Shown here: in pieces, positions 28,980-39,422 of the stretch
How the letters are laid out: each line of letters opens with the position of its first letter
Position numbering within the stretch: position 1 is the first letter of the stretch
Source of the DNA: an uncultured Gammaproteobacteria bacterium
GTDB lineage: Bacteria > Pseudomonadota > Gammaproteobacteria > JAURND01
DNA length: 64,000 nt
Reading direction: 5' to 3'
Assembly (NCBI GenBank): GCA_963714975.1
Contig: CAVQQD010000002.1
Span: forward strand, 480,001 to 544,000
Position numbers and translations under genes: made by a program
The notes under the pieces: generated by a model
What the model saw: the letters and a program-made list of their open reading frames with translations, nothing else
Told to the model about the DNA's origin: nothing
The model's database searches: none

Positions 28980-29393
28980 ATGAATAGTTCAATGGACATC
29001 CGACACGGCAGACATTGTGTTTTTAATTTACATGCTCACTTGGTATTTGTGACAAAGTATCGCAAATGTGTTTTTACAAAACCCATGCTAGAGCTCTTGA
29101 GTGAAGTATTTTATAGTGCCTGCGAAGACTTTGACGCAACATTGGTCGAAATGGAAGGAGAGCGTGACCATGTGCACTTATTGGTTAATTAGCCACCCAA
29201 AATATCGTTGTCACGGTTAGTCAATAGCCTCAAAGGCGTTTCTTCTCGTCGCCTTCGCCAAGCACACTCTCAAAATCTGCAGTGTTATTGGAAAGGAGTA
29301 CTGTGGTCTCCCAGTTACTTTGTTGCTTCCTGTGGAGGAGCGCCCATCTCTGTCATTCGACACTATATTGAGCAACAGAACTCTCCCCACTAA
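28980..29393 (+). pseudogene. tnpA: TnpA Y1 transposase with internal amber stop at 29190-29192
   Basis: HLVFVTKYR, DHVHLL, then VN*PPK (usually VNYPP), LKGVSSR, LWSPSYF, YIEQQ all in one frame. Confidence 0.9.
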
Positions 29394-29662
29394 GCGCTCA
29401 CTTCGCTTCGCGGTTGTGCGCCTTATATCCTCGTCATGAATGACGGGGTTTTACGGCGCCAGGAGGATAAACTTGCAGGAATTGTGGAGGAAAGGACATT
29501 TTCATAAATCTTTTGCTACACTTGTTAATTTTTCCTTAAGCTTGTAGACTGTCGCCGTGGTTGGGCAGTGTCGCAAGTGCGGCAGACCAATTCACTGTTA
29601 TTCTGAGCGAACCGAAGGACCTCCTTCGTAAGTGGCACCATATAGCAGGGATGTTTTCTATA

Positions 29663-29712
29663 AAAGAAAATTTTGGATTGCCCTTGCAGTTTGAGAATTT
29701 TCGGAAATAATC
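29663..29712 (+). pseudogene. Remnant copy of the yajQ 3' end
   Basis: 47/50 identity with 23748-23797. Confidence 0.85.
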
Positions 29713-29758
29713 TCCTCTTTTGTTGATGGGAGAAAGTTAGGGAGAGGGGGTATTAATT

Positions 29759-30247
29759 ATGCTCACAGCTACTTTTGCTGCAGGATGTTTCTGGGGAGTG
29801 GAAGAGGCGTTTCGAACTTTGCCGGGTGTTCTTACAACTGCAGTGGGATATTCAGGGGGAAGTTTTGAAAATCCTACTTATGAAGATGTTTGTAGTCATA
29901 CGACAGGACATGCTGAAGTAGTACGTATTGACTATGATCCCTCGCAAATTTCCTATGAACAACTGCTTGAGGTGTTTTGGAATATTCACAATCCTACTCA
30001 GTTAAATCGTCAAGGACTTGATGTTGGATCTCAGTACCGATCTGCAATTTTTTTCCATACCAATGAACAGAAGCAAATTGCTCTACAATCCAAGAAAAAT
30101 TTGCAAAGTTCAGGAAAATTTGCTGAAAAAATTGTGACCGAGATTACTCCTGTGGGTAAATTTTATCGAGCTGAAGAATATCATCAAAAATACTTGTATA
30201 AAAATAAGTTAGGTGCTTGTCAGGTGCCGGAGGATAAAAATAAATGA
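29759..30247 (+). CDS. msrA: Peptide methionine (S)-sulfoxide reductase
   Basis: [30 protein letters not shown]. Confidence 0.96.
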   Translation: MLTATFAAGCFWGVEEAFRTLPGVLTTAVGYSGGSFENPTYEDVCSHTTGHAEVVRIDYDPSQISYEQLLEVFWNIHNPTQLNRQGLDVGSQYRSAIFFHTNEQKQIALQSKKNLQSSGKFAEKIVTEITPVGKFYRAEEYHQKYLYKNKLGACQVPEDKNK

Positions 30248-30372
30248 CCTTACCTCGCTTTAATACTTTAATTCTGGAGACTATCCAGCCTTATCTGTTA
30301 AAAATAACCCTAAATCGTCCCCAAGTTTTGAATGCGATTAACGCGGAAATGATGGAAGAGCTTAATTCCTGA
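30244..30372 (+). pseudogene. Remnant 5' copy of the enoyl-CoA hydratase gene
   Basis: 30248-30359 matches 23808-23919 (106/112); ATG overlaps msrA stop (ATGA). Confidence 0.85.
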
Positions 30373-30435
30373 GTATTAATGAAATTCGAAATTATAGAGA
30401 AGCTGAATTGCGGGCAATGAGATCAACGTAAAAAG

Positions 30436-30531
30436 CAGCAATTCTCGCTGCTCCGTCATGAGACCGGCAGGACCCGTCGGGGAGCAAGGCTTCAGCGGAA
30501 TTGCTGACCGATATGTGTGCATCGGATAGCT
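30436..30531. repeat. Family D element, truncated inverted copy
   Basis: Reverse complement of most of 10772-10883 with an internal deletion. Confidence 0.85.
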
Positions 30532-30558
30532 ACAGAGGGAGATTTGTTTGCAAAATAT

Positions 30559-32610
30559 TTAACACCGCAATTCATCCAAGTTTTTGAAATATTCCAAGCT
30601 TTCTGGATTCACTAAAGAATCAATATTTTTGACTGCGCGGCCATTAATGACATCGCTGACTGCTAGTTCCACCATTTTTCCACTTAAGGTTTTTGGCATA
30701 TCAGGGACAGCGATAATTTTTGCGGGCACATGGTGGGGAGAAGCATTTTGCCGCAATAGAGAATTGATTTGATCCTTTAATTCTTCGGTAAGCAGGAAAT
30801 TATCCTGTAATTTAACAAATAAAATAATGCGCACGTCGTGGTTCCATTGTTGGCCGACTGCTAAACTTTCTACCACTTCAGGAATTCGTTCTACTTGACG
30901 ATAGATTTCTGCAGTGCCAATGCGTATTCCGCCTGGATTTAAGGCAGCATCAGAGCGGCCATAAATAATTAATCCCCCATGGGAGGTGATTTCAGCATAA
31001 TCGCCATGTGCCCATACCCCTTTAAATTTTTCAAAATAAGCATGATGATATTTCGCCCCTTGCGGATCGTTCCAAAAATAAATTGGCATTGCCGGAAAGG
31101 GGGCGGTACACACCAATTCGCCAGGTTGGTTCAACACAGCATTGCCCGACTCATTATATATTTCTACTTTCAACCCCAGGCCGCGGCACTGTAGTTCGCC
31201 AGGATATATGGGTAGTAGGGGATTCCCTAGCGCGAAGCATGAAACAATATCCGTACCGCCAGAAATCGAAGATAATTGCACATCGGTTTTTATATGCTGA
31301 TAGACATAGTCATAATTCATCGATAATAAGGGTGAGCCCGTAGATAAAATACATTTCAGCGCAGTTAAATGATGAGTTTTTCGTGGTGAAAGACCGGCTT
31401 TTTCTATCGCCGATAGATACTTGGCGCTGGCGCCAAAATGAGTAATGTGTTCTTCATCGATTAAATTAAATAAACTATTGCATGGATATAAAGCAGCACC
31501 GTCGTAAAGTATTAAGGTCGCTCCGGTGACTAGACCACTGACTAACCAATTCCACATCATCCAACCACAGCTGGTATAGTAAAAAAACACGTCGTGGCGG
31601 TGAAGGTCAGTGTGCAACATTAATTCCTTCATATGCTGTAATAAAATTCCTCCAGCGCCATGCACAATGCATTTCGGAAAACCTGTAGTGCCTGAGGAAT
31701 AAAGAATGTAGATTGGATGATCAAAAGCAAGTTGGACAAAGCTAAATGTCGGAAGTGGTGATGGCGAAGCTACAAAGTCAGCATAAAAAATTTGCGTTAT
31801 TCTGGCACTCGTGCTCGTCATCCCGGCATGGATGCCGGGATCCAGATCGCAGGGATGCAAAACTTTCACATCCATGTGACCTGGATCCCGGCATCCTGCC
31901 GGGACGACGGCGTGTGTAGCCAGATAAGGGACGACAATAATTTTTTCTAAACAATTAATTTGCTGGGCTACTGCGGTGATTTTTTCATGCAAAGAATAAA
32001 TCTTACCGTTGTACGGATAGCCATCGGTAGTAAAAAGGATTTTCGGTTGAATCTGCCCAAAGCGATCTACTAGGGCACTGCTGCCAAAATCAGCAGCGCA
32101 ACAAGACCAAATAGCCCCTAGACTGAGGGTGGCTAACATGGCAATAAGCGTTTCAGGGATGTTAGGCATTACGCCTACCACTCGGTCCTGTGGTGAAACT
32201 CCGGCCCTTTGTAGTGCTGTGGCTAATTGTACCACCGCTGTGTAAAGTTCAGCGTAGCTCAATACACGACGTTGCCCTTGTTCATTGCGAAAAATGATGG
32301 CTGTTTTCTCATCGCGAAAACGTAATAAATTTTCCGCAAAATTAAGCCGTGCGCCTAGAAACCATTGCGCTCCCGGCATTTTGTTCCCGTTAACGAGCAC
32401 TTCAGTCCACGGCTGTGTTGCCTGAACACCACAGAAGCGCCAAATCGCGGGCCAAAAATATTCTGGATAATTAATCGACCATTGGTAGAGGGCGGCGTAA
32501 TCCGTGCAGTTCACTCCATATTCGTGCTGAACAAAGCGCATAAATGCATACATCTGTGAATTTGCACTCGACGCAGCAGAAGGGCGCCAAACAGGCGCTA
32601 ATGAGGCCAT
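30559..32610 (-). CDS. Acetoacetate-CoA ligase with in-frame repeat-derived insertion
   Basis: WRPS, LNFAENLL, YSSGTTGFPKCIVH, GWMMWNWL, SISGGTD, WAHGD. Confidence 0.92.
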   Translation of the reverse strand: MASLAPVWRPSAASSANSQMYAFMRFVQHEYGVNCTDYAALYQWSINYPEYFWPAIWRFCGVQATQPWTEVLVNGNKMPGAQWFLGARLNFAENLLRFRDEKTAIIFRNEQGQRRVLSYAELYTAVVQLATALQRAGVSPQDRVVGVMPNIPETLIAMLATLSLGAIWSCCAADFGSSALVDRFGQIQPKILFTTDGYPYNGKIYSLHEKITAVAQQINCLEKIIVVPYLATHAVVPAGCRDPGHMDVKVLHPCDLDPGIHAGMTSTSARITQIFYADFVASPSPLPTFSFVQLAFDHPIYILYSSGTTGFPKCIVHGAGGILLQHMKELMLHTDLHRHDVFFYYTSCGWMMWNWLVSGLVTGATLILYDGAALYPCNSLFNLIDEEHITHFGASAKYLSAIEKAGLSPRKTHHLTALKCILSTGSPLLSMNYDYVYQHIKTDVQLSSISGGTDIVSCFALGNPLLPIYPGELQCRGLGLKVEIYNESGNAVLNQPGELVCTAPFPAMPIYFWNDPQGAKYHHAYFEKFKGVWAHGDYAEITSHGGLIIYGRSDAALNPGGIRIGTAEIYRQVERIPEVVESLAVGQQWNHDVRIILFVKLQDNFLLTEELKDQINSLLRQNASPHHVPAKIIAVPDMPKTLSGKMVELAVSDVINGRAVKNIDSLVNPESLEYFKNLDELRC
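31816..31909. repeat. Family B palindrome inserted in frame in acetoacetate-CoA ligase
   Basis: cgtcatcccggcatggatgccgggatccag...ctggatcccggcatcctgccgggacgacg. Confidence 0.92.
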
Positions 32611-33500
32611 TGGTGTGCCAAAGCTACTTTAGAGCGAGAAGGTCGGCCAAGGTATTGGCTAATAAAGTGTCCTGTGTCGCAAAGTTTGTTTAGATCTACC
32701 CCAGTGGTAATATCCAAACCATTGAGCAGATAAAGCACATCTTCACTCGCCACATTACCCGAAGCGCCTGGCGCATAAGGGCAACCACCTAGGCCGGCGA
32801 CAGAACTATCGATCACGGCAATCCCTTGCTCTAAAGCCGCATAAATATTTGCCAATGCTTGGCCATAAGTATCATGAAAATGCACGGCAATTTGGCTGAT
32901 AGGGATTTCTTTGGCAATTGCTTGAATAAGTGTCACCGCTTTACCCGGAGTACCCACGCCAATTGTGTCTCCAACGGAAATTTCAATGCAGCCCAAGGTA
33001 AATAATTTTTTTGCGACAGCGACGACGGCTTGAGGATTCACTGCTCCTTCATAGGGGCAGCCTAAGGCACAGGATACATAACCTCGCACGCGAATATTAT
33101 GTTCCTTGGCCAAATTAATCACCGCAGCGTAACGATCGAGGCTTTCGCTAATAGAGCAGTGAATATTTCGTTGCGAAAATGTTTCAGTAGCAGCAGCAAA
33201 GACTGCAATCTCTCGTACTCCCGCAGCTAGCGCATTTTTCAAGCCTTGTAGATTGGGCACCAACACTGGATAACTAATGGACGGATCTTTAGGTAGCTGT
33301 GGAAATAATTCGGCTGAATCTGCAAGCTGTGGAATAGCTTTGGATGATACAAAACTGGTGGCTTCAATAGTTTTTAACCCAGTGCTAGTTAAGCGCTGAA
33401 TCAATTCTAGCTTGATGTTAGTCGGAATAAAGCCAGCCTCATGTTGCAAGCCATCGCGAGGGCCGACTTCCACCATCTTCACTTGATTGGGTAATGCCAT
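32598..33500 (-). CDS. hmgL: Hydroxymethylglutaryl-CoA lyase
   Basis: EVGPRDGLQ, GDTIGVG, HFHDTYGQA, GLGGCPYAPGASGN. Confidence 0.95.
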   Translation of the reverse strand: MALPNQVKMVEVGPRDGLQHEAGFIPTNIKLELIQRLTSTGLKTIEATSFVSSKAIPQLADSAELFPQLPKDPSISYPVLVPNLQGLKNALAAGVREIAVFAAATETFSQRNIHCSISESLDRYAAVINLAKEHNIRVRGYVSCALGCPYEGAVNPQAVVAVAKKLFTLGCIEISVGDTIGVGTPGKAVTLIQAIAKEIPISQIAVHFHDTYGQALANIYAALEQGIAVIDSSVAGLGGCPYAPGASGNVASEDVLYLLNGLDITTGVDLNKLCDTGHFISQYLGRPSRSKVALAHQWPH

Positions 33501-33550
33501 TGAAACTCCCTGAAATACCATCCAGCCCAGATGGGCGCTCCTAAAACCCA

Positions 33551-34129
33551 GTGGATGCTGTCCGCCTGGAGAACCCTAAGCTTACCTTGGAGCCTTTGCA
33601 AGGTATCATTGTGATCGACCAGATTCAATATATACCTGACATTTTTAAATTAATTCGGGTATTGGTGGATAAAAAAACTTTACAACAACAATATTTGATT
33701 TTAGGAAGTGCTTCTCGAGAGCTGCTCAAACAATCTGCAGAAAGCCTGGCGGGTCGAATCAGTTACCTAGAATTAACCCCTTTCTCCTATTCTGAAGCCA
33801 AAGACTTAGCGGCACTATGGTTGCGAGGTGGTTTTCCTAAGTCTTATTTAGCAGATACATTAGAGGATAGCTATGAATGGCGTGAATCTTATATCACAAC
33901 GTATTTAGAGCATGATTTGCCTGCGCTAGGGATTCAGATTGCCTCACAGTCATTGCGGCGTTTTTGGCAAATGCTCGCTCATTATCACGGGAATGTATTG
34001 AATGCTTCAGAATTAGGGCGTTCATTTGGAAGTGCTGATACTACTATTCGTCGCTATCTTGATATTTTGTCTGGAACTTTCATGATGCGCCAATTGCAAC
34101 CGTGGCAGGTGAGGGCACCGCTTGCGTAG
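33551..34129 (+). pseudogene. Internal fragment of AAA_14/DUF4143 ATPase
   Basis: IVIDQIQ (degenerate Walker B), LILGSAS, ESLAGRI, LWLRGGFP; lacks Walker A and C-terminus. Confidence 0.8.
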
Positions 34130-34249
34130 CTTGTGGAGAGAAGACGCAGTCAGGTCGCTCGAGGAAGCAAGAACCCACTGAAGCGAGTTGCGCACAGGTT
34201 GCGTAACCGCAGTAGGAATCCTCGCCCTTCAGGGCGAGGCAGATGTCAA
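34110..34249 (+). mobile_element. Orphan IS605-type right end / TnpB omega-RNA-like remnant
   Basis: gggca..gcttgtggag..gaagcaagaacc..ggaatcctcgcccttcagggcgagg..atgTCAA, same layout as the end at 27708-27835. Confidence 0.8.
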
Positions 34250-34369
34250 TTTCTGAATTAGTAATACCAGAAAACCCTTTGCCATCGTTACAAAGTATGA
34301 ATTCCTGATTTTTTCTTGCTAGCTATACCATAAAATACTATTATGTAATACAGAATTGGGAGGTTATTT

Positions 34370-34609
34370 ATGCATAGAAATACAAGTGTTACTTTGGGGG
34401 GGCATTTTGAGCAATTTATTGATGCTCAAGTGAGGGATGGGCGATACCATTCAACTAGCGAGGTTATTAGGGCTGGGCTCCGTTTGCTCGAAGAAAGAGA
34501 AAATAAGGTGGCCGCCTTGCGGTCGGCATTAATTGCTGGCGAGAAAAGTGGATTTGTTGATTATTCCTTACAAGATATCATTGCAGGGTTAGATGAAGAG
34601 ATAAAATAA
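34370..34609 (+). CDS. parD: ParD-family (RHH) antitoxin
   Basis: NTSVTLG..FI..QV..GRY...SEVIRAGLRLLEERE. Confidence 0.9.
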   Translation: MHRNTSVTLGGHFEQFIDAQVRDGRYHSTSEVIRAGLRLLEERENKVAALRSALIAGEKSGFVDYSLQDIIAGLDEEIK

Positions 34610-34610
34610 A

Positions 34611-34901
34611 TTGCTTAAATTACGTGTTAGCACACTTGCGCGCGAGGATTTAAAAAATATCGGGCGTTATACTCTGAAACATTGGGGCGCAGTACAAAGG
34701 AATCAATATTTATCACAGCTAACTGTTTGTTTTGAGAAATTGTTGACTACGCCACATATGGGTTCGAGTTGTGGTGCTATTAGGAAAGGATATCACCGAT
34801 TTCGCGTAGGGGAGCATGTTATTTTCTACTGTGTCAATGAGTTGACTCTTGATATTGTTCGGGTTTTGCACAAAAGCATGGATGTGGAAAATCATCTTTA
34901 A
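34611..34901 (+). CDS. parE: ParE-family toxin
   Basis: AREDLKNIGRYT..WG, HVIFY, IVRVLHKSMD. Confidence 0.9.
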   Translation: MLKLRVSTLAREDLKNIGRYTLKHWGAVQRNQYLSQLTVCFEKLLTTPHMGSSCGAIRKGYHRFRVGEHVIFYCVNELTLDIVRVLHKSMDVENHL

Positions 34902-34958
34902 ACCATGAAATGTATGTTATTATCTCATTTTCCAGAGAAATAGGCTTTTTTGATGACA

Positions 34959-37498
34959 ATGAATGCTAAAGAAATTATTCGCGTTTCGCTCGAACAAGAA
35001 ATGAAACAGTCCTATCTGGATTATGCGATGAGCGTTATCGTTGGCCGTGCGTTTCCTGATGTGCGAGATGGTTTAAAACCAGTGCATCGTCGCGTTTTAT
35101 TTGCCATGCAGGAATTGGGTAATGATTGGAATAAACCCTATAAAAAATCTGCTCGTATTGTCGGTGATGTGATCGGTAAATACCATCCTCATGGTGATAC
35201 CGCGGTATATGACACCATCGTGCGTATGGCACAGCCATTTTCCATGCGTTATTTATTGGTAGATGGTCAAGGAAATTTTGGTTCAGTCGATGGCGATGCC
35301 CCTGCTGCCATGCGTTATACCGAAATTCGCATGTCGCGTTTTGCCCATACATTATTGGCTGATTTAGAAAAAGAAACCGTTGATTTTGCACCCAATTATG
35401 ATGGTCAGAACGAAATTGCCCAGTGTTATTACCGACACGCGTTCCTAATTTATTAGTCAATGGTTCTTCGGGTATTGCGGTGGGTATGGCAACCAATATT
35501 CCGCCGCATAATTTAAACGAAGTCATTGATGCTTGTATTGCCTTGATGGATAATCCAGAAATTCCGTTAGATGACATTAATGGAATATGTTCCTGGCCCT
35601 GATTTTCCAACAGCTGGCATTATTAATGGTCGAGCAGGTATTTTACAAGCCTATCAAACAGGGCGTGGGCGTATTTATGTGCGCGCTAAAACCGAAATCG
35701 AAGACACGATAAAGTACAGGAAAAACAAGCGATCATAGTGCACTGAACTACCCTTATCAAGTGAATAAAGCGACGATTGATTGAACGAATTGCCGAACTG
35801 GTGAAAGAAAAGAAAATTGAGGGCATTACCGCGATGCGTGATGAATCAGATAGAGAGGGTATGCGCATTGTCATTGAATTACGTCGTGATGAAAATGCCG
35901 GAAGTGATATTAAATAATTTATTTGTGCAGACCCAATTACAAGTGGTTTTTGGTATTAATATAGTGGCATTAGATCGATGGCCGACCGCAGCGTGATTAA
36001 ATCTTAAAGCAATTATTTGAAGCTTTATTCAGCATCGTCGCGAGGTGGTGACACGGCGCACGCATTTTTGAATTACGAAAAGCCCGTGAACGTGCGCATA
36101 TTTTAGAAGGGTTAGGTGTTGCGTTGGCCAATATCGATCGAAATGATTGCTTTAATCAAAGCAGCTGCCTGATCCTGCTAAAGCTAAACAACAATTATTA
36201 GCGAAGACTGGCCTGCCGGCTTGGTGCTAGCAATTGCTGAATCGATCCTGACAGCGAAATGTTCAAGTCCGGAAGGATTGAGCCTGAATATGGCTTATCT
36301 GAGCAGGGTTATCGTTTATCTCCTGAGCAAGCACAAGCGATTTTGGATTTTCGCTTACATCGTTTCACGGCTTTGAACAAGATAAAATTTTCAATGAATA
36401 CCATGAATTATTAACGATAATCAAAGATTTATTCGAAATATTGACTAATCCTGATCGTTTATTACAAGTGATTCGGAACGAATTGCTCGAAATTAAGGAA
36501 CAATTTGGTGATGCAAGACGTACTCAAATTCGTTGAAAGGTGATGAAGATTTTACTGCTGAAGATTTAATTCCACATGAAGAAATGGTTGTCACGGTTTC
36601 ACATGAAGGCTATGCCAAAACACAACTTTTGGATGATTATCAAGCACAACATCGCGGCGGCAAAGGCAAATCGGCTACCACGATGAAAGAGGAAGATTTT
36701 GTTCAACAATTACAGATAGTGAATACTCATGATACCTTATTGTGTTTTTCTAATTATGGCAAAGTGTATTGGTTGAAAGCGTATATACTACCAGCAGGCC
36801 AGCCGATTAGCCCGTGGTCGACCCTTTGGTTAATTTATTACCTCTGGCCGAAAGATGAACGTATTAGCGCAATGTTAGGGTTGCGCCTGTATGCGGAAAA
36901 TCAGTTTGTTGTTATGGCCACTGCCGCTGGGACTATTAAAAAAGTGCCGTTGAGTAATTTTTCCCGTCCACGCGCCGATGGTATTATTGCTATCCTATTA
37001 GATGAAGGCGATCAGTTGGTGGGGGTTGATATTACCAATGGAGAAAGTGAAGTCCTGTTGTTTAGTGATGTAGGAAAGGTCATACGTTTCCACGAATCCC
37101 ATTTGAGACCAATGGGACGTAAAACTCGTGGAGTGCGTGGCATTCGCTTACAGGAGAAGCAACGGATGATTGCTATGATCATTGCCAAGGCAAAGGGTAG
37201 TATTTTAACTGCGACTGCGAATGGTTTTGGTAAGCGTACCCCGATTGAAGAATATCGGCAGACGGCAAGGGGTGTGCAAGGGGTGATTTCCATTCGAGTG
37301 AATGAACGAAATGGCAAAGTGATTGGTGCGTTAGAAGTTTTTGAGGGTGATGAGCTGATGTTAATCAGCGATCAAGCACGCTTGATACGCACTCGGGTGG
37401 ATGAGCTCAGGGAAATAGGTCGTAATGCTCAGGGAGTTAAATTGATTCATCTCAATGAAGGTGAACATCTGGTTGGTTTACAAAGAATAGTTGAGTAA
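34959..37498 (+). pseudogene. gyrA: DNA gyrase subunit A, multiply frameshifted as sequenced
   Basis: [30 protein letters not shown], GyrA box QHRGGKG; frame breaks from about 35410 to 36530 and near 36800. Confidence 0.9.
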
Positions 37499-37512
37499 GG
37501 GGGGATTCTTTT

Positions 37513-38601
37513 ATGACACGTGTTTATAATTTTTATCCAGGTCCGGCAACATTACCAGAAGAAGTGCTGCTGCAAGTGCAAGAAGAATTGCTTAATTGGC
37601 AAGGGCTCGGATTGTCCGAGATGGAAATCAGCCATCATGCGCCAGAATTTGTGCGTATGACCGAGACAGTTGAAGCCGATTTGCGTGAATTGATGGCAAT
37701 TCCGGCACACTATAAAGTGCTGTTTGTCCCTGGTGGCGGTAGAGGGCAGTTTGCTATGGTGCCCTTAAATTTACTCGGGGAGAAGATCCACAGCGGATTA
37801 TATAGAAACGGGAATTTGGTCTAACATGGCAATTGCAGAAGCAGGACGTTATTGCCAGGTAAATGTGGCGGCGAACAGTGCAGCACAACAATATTCTACC
37901 ATTCCACCTGTTTCAGAATGGCGTTGTAATCCTAATGCGGCTTATTTGCATTACACCGATAATGAAACAGTCAATGGGGTGGAATTTGCCAGCATTCCTG
38001 AAGTGGCTGTTCCCCTCATTATCGGATATATCTTCAGGTTTGGCCACTCGAGTCATAGAGGTAGAAGAATTTGGCGTGGTATGTGCGGCAGCGAAAAAAA
38101 TCTGTCGGTCCCGCAGAGTGACAGTAGTGATAGTTCGCGAGGATTTATTTAGATGGGCTTTGTCATTACTCCCAGTATGTTTACATTACAAGGCTGATGC
38201 CGATGCCAGATCTATTTATAATACTCCCTCCACTTTCCCGTGGTACGTGTTAGGGTTGGTATTGCAATGGTTAAAGCGACAAGGCGGAGTTGCTGCGATC
38301 GAAGCCATCAATCGCCGTAAAGCTTTGATAAATTATATCGATTGATGCGATCACTCCGATTTCTATCGAAATAGTATTGAACCTCGTTATCGCTCACGAA
38401 TGAATGTCGTTTTCGTTTAGCCAATGAAAGTTTAATCGAGCGGATTTTACAAGAATCGAGCCACGAGCAGGTTTAGTCGGTCTAAAAGGACATAGGAAGG
38501 TAGGTGGTATGCGCCGGCAGTTCTTTATCGCCATGCCGAAAGCTGGTGTTGATGCTCTGAGTCCTCTTCTATGACTGATTTCGAGCAGCGTTGCGGCTCA
38601 A
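37513..38601 (+). pseudogene. serC: Phosphoserine aminotransferase, multiply frameshifted as sequenced
   Basis: [37 protein letters not shown] spread over several frames. Confidence 0.85.
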
Positions 38602-38742
38602 GTATCGCCGTCGTAAATCCCTTCTCCCCTTGGGGAGGTTGCTGACTGTTGTCTATTGAAATTCCTTAATGCAAATAGAAAAAGACGAGATTCGTAAAGT
38701 TAACAAACCCACTGACGAGTAAGAATATAGCTTCCTATTTGA

Positions 38743-38876
38743 TCAATCTGACCATGATGTTGCATTCCATTTAATACCCACAGCGACCGCCAATTCAACG
38801 AAACTCCCACAACATAAAACAAGCCCGATGCATCCAGCACGGTGTACATTTTTTTCAGTGTTTGTGGTTGACATAT
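38743..38876 (-). pseudogene. Frameshifted tandem paralog of the 93-aa membrane protein
   Basis: MSTTNTEKNVHRAG...GIKWNAT vs MSNTEKNIVRAG...GIKWNAT. Confidence 0.65.
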
Positions 38877-38881
38877 AGCAC

Positions 38882-39163
38882 CTATATCGACACCAGGCAG
38901 CTTTTGGGAGTGTCAGGATTTTGGGCATCAGCAGCGGGATATCGTCTGTTAAAATAAATGAGTGCACCTGCCAAAAGAAAAACCCCTATACCCGCAGCAG
39001 CTACTGCTGAGTCTAGGAAATAACTTCCTATCTGATCCATTTGGCTATGGGGCGTTGCATTCCATTTAATGCCCATACCAGTCATGGCTACAACTATACT
39101 TGCACCATACAATCCAAGCCCAACGACTCCAGCGCGAACTATATTTTTTTCAGTGTTTGACAT
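38882..39163 (-). CDS. Hypothetical two-TM membrane protein
   Basis: 93-aa ORF, AGGA RBS, two hydrophobic stretches, has an adjacent paralog. Confidence 0.65.
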   Translation of the reverse strand: MSNTEKNIVRAGVVGLGLYGASIVVAMTGMGIKWNATPHSQMDQIGSYFLDSAVAAAGIGVFLLAGALIYFNRRYPAADAQNPDTPKSCLVSI

Positions 39164-39256
39164 AAGATCTTCCTATAGTAAAAATTTATAAGGATTATGG
39201 CAAATGCAAAGATAATTTTCAATAAATTTTATTAAAAACTAATTCGCTCAACTTCT

Positions 39257-39422
39257 TCCCTTCTCTCCCTGGAAAGAAGGTGGCCGTAGGCCGGATGAGG
39301 GTGTTTTTTCTAGCTTTAAGCTATTTCAAACACCCTCACCCGCCTTCGGCATCCTCTCCCGCAAGCGGGAGAGGGGATTAAGTGCGGCCCCCTCGGCACC
39401 TTCTTCCACAAGCAGGGGAGAA
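39257..39422. repeat. Cluster of three family A palindromes, two inside the MFS 3' end
   Basis: cccttctctccc..ggccggatgaggg; caccctcacccgccttcggcatcctctcccgcaagcgggagagggg; ggcaccttcttccacaagcaggggagaa. Confidence 0.85.

Larger units (their letters stand above)
27708..29466 (-). mobile_element. IS200/IS605-family element (divergent tnpA/tnpB)
   Basis: Right end ...ggaatctccggcatttatgccggagaggatgTCAA on minus strand; left-end hairpin cctcgtcatgaatgacgggg; flanking TTTAT target; excision restores the araC end (cga taa). Confidence 0.9.

Noticed and set aside
29190-29192. tnpA amber codon as recoding
   Set aside because: One substitution from a Tyr codon; TAG terminates other genes here (mutS, comEA)
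35180-35215. GyrA Thr at the position-83 equivalent as quinolone resistance
   Set aside because: Thr is wild type in many Gammaproteobacteria
35035-35610. Long antisense ORFs over gyrA, mutS, ffh, mutL and others
   Set aside because: Shadow frames of well-supported genes with no motifs
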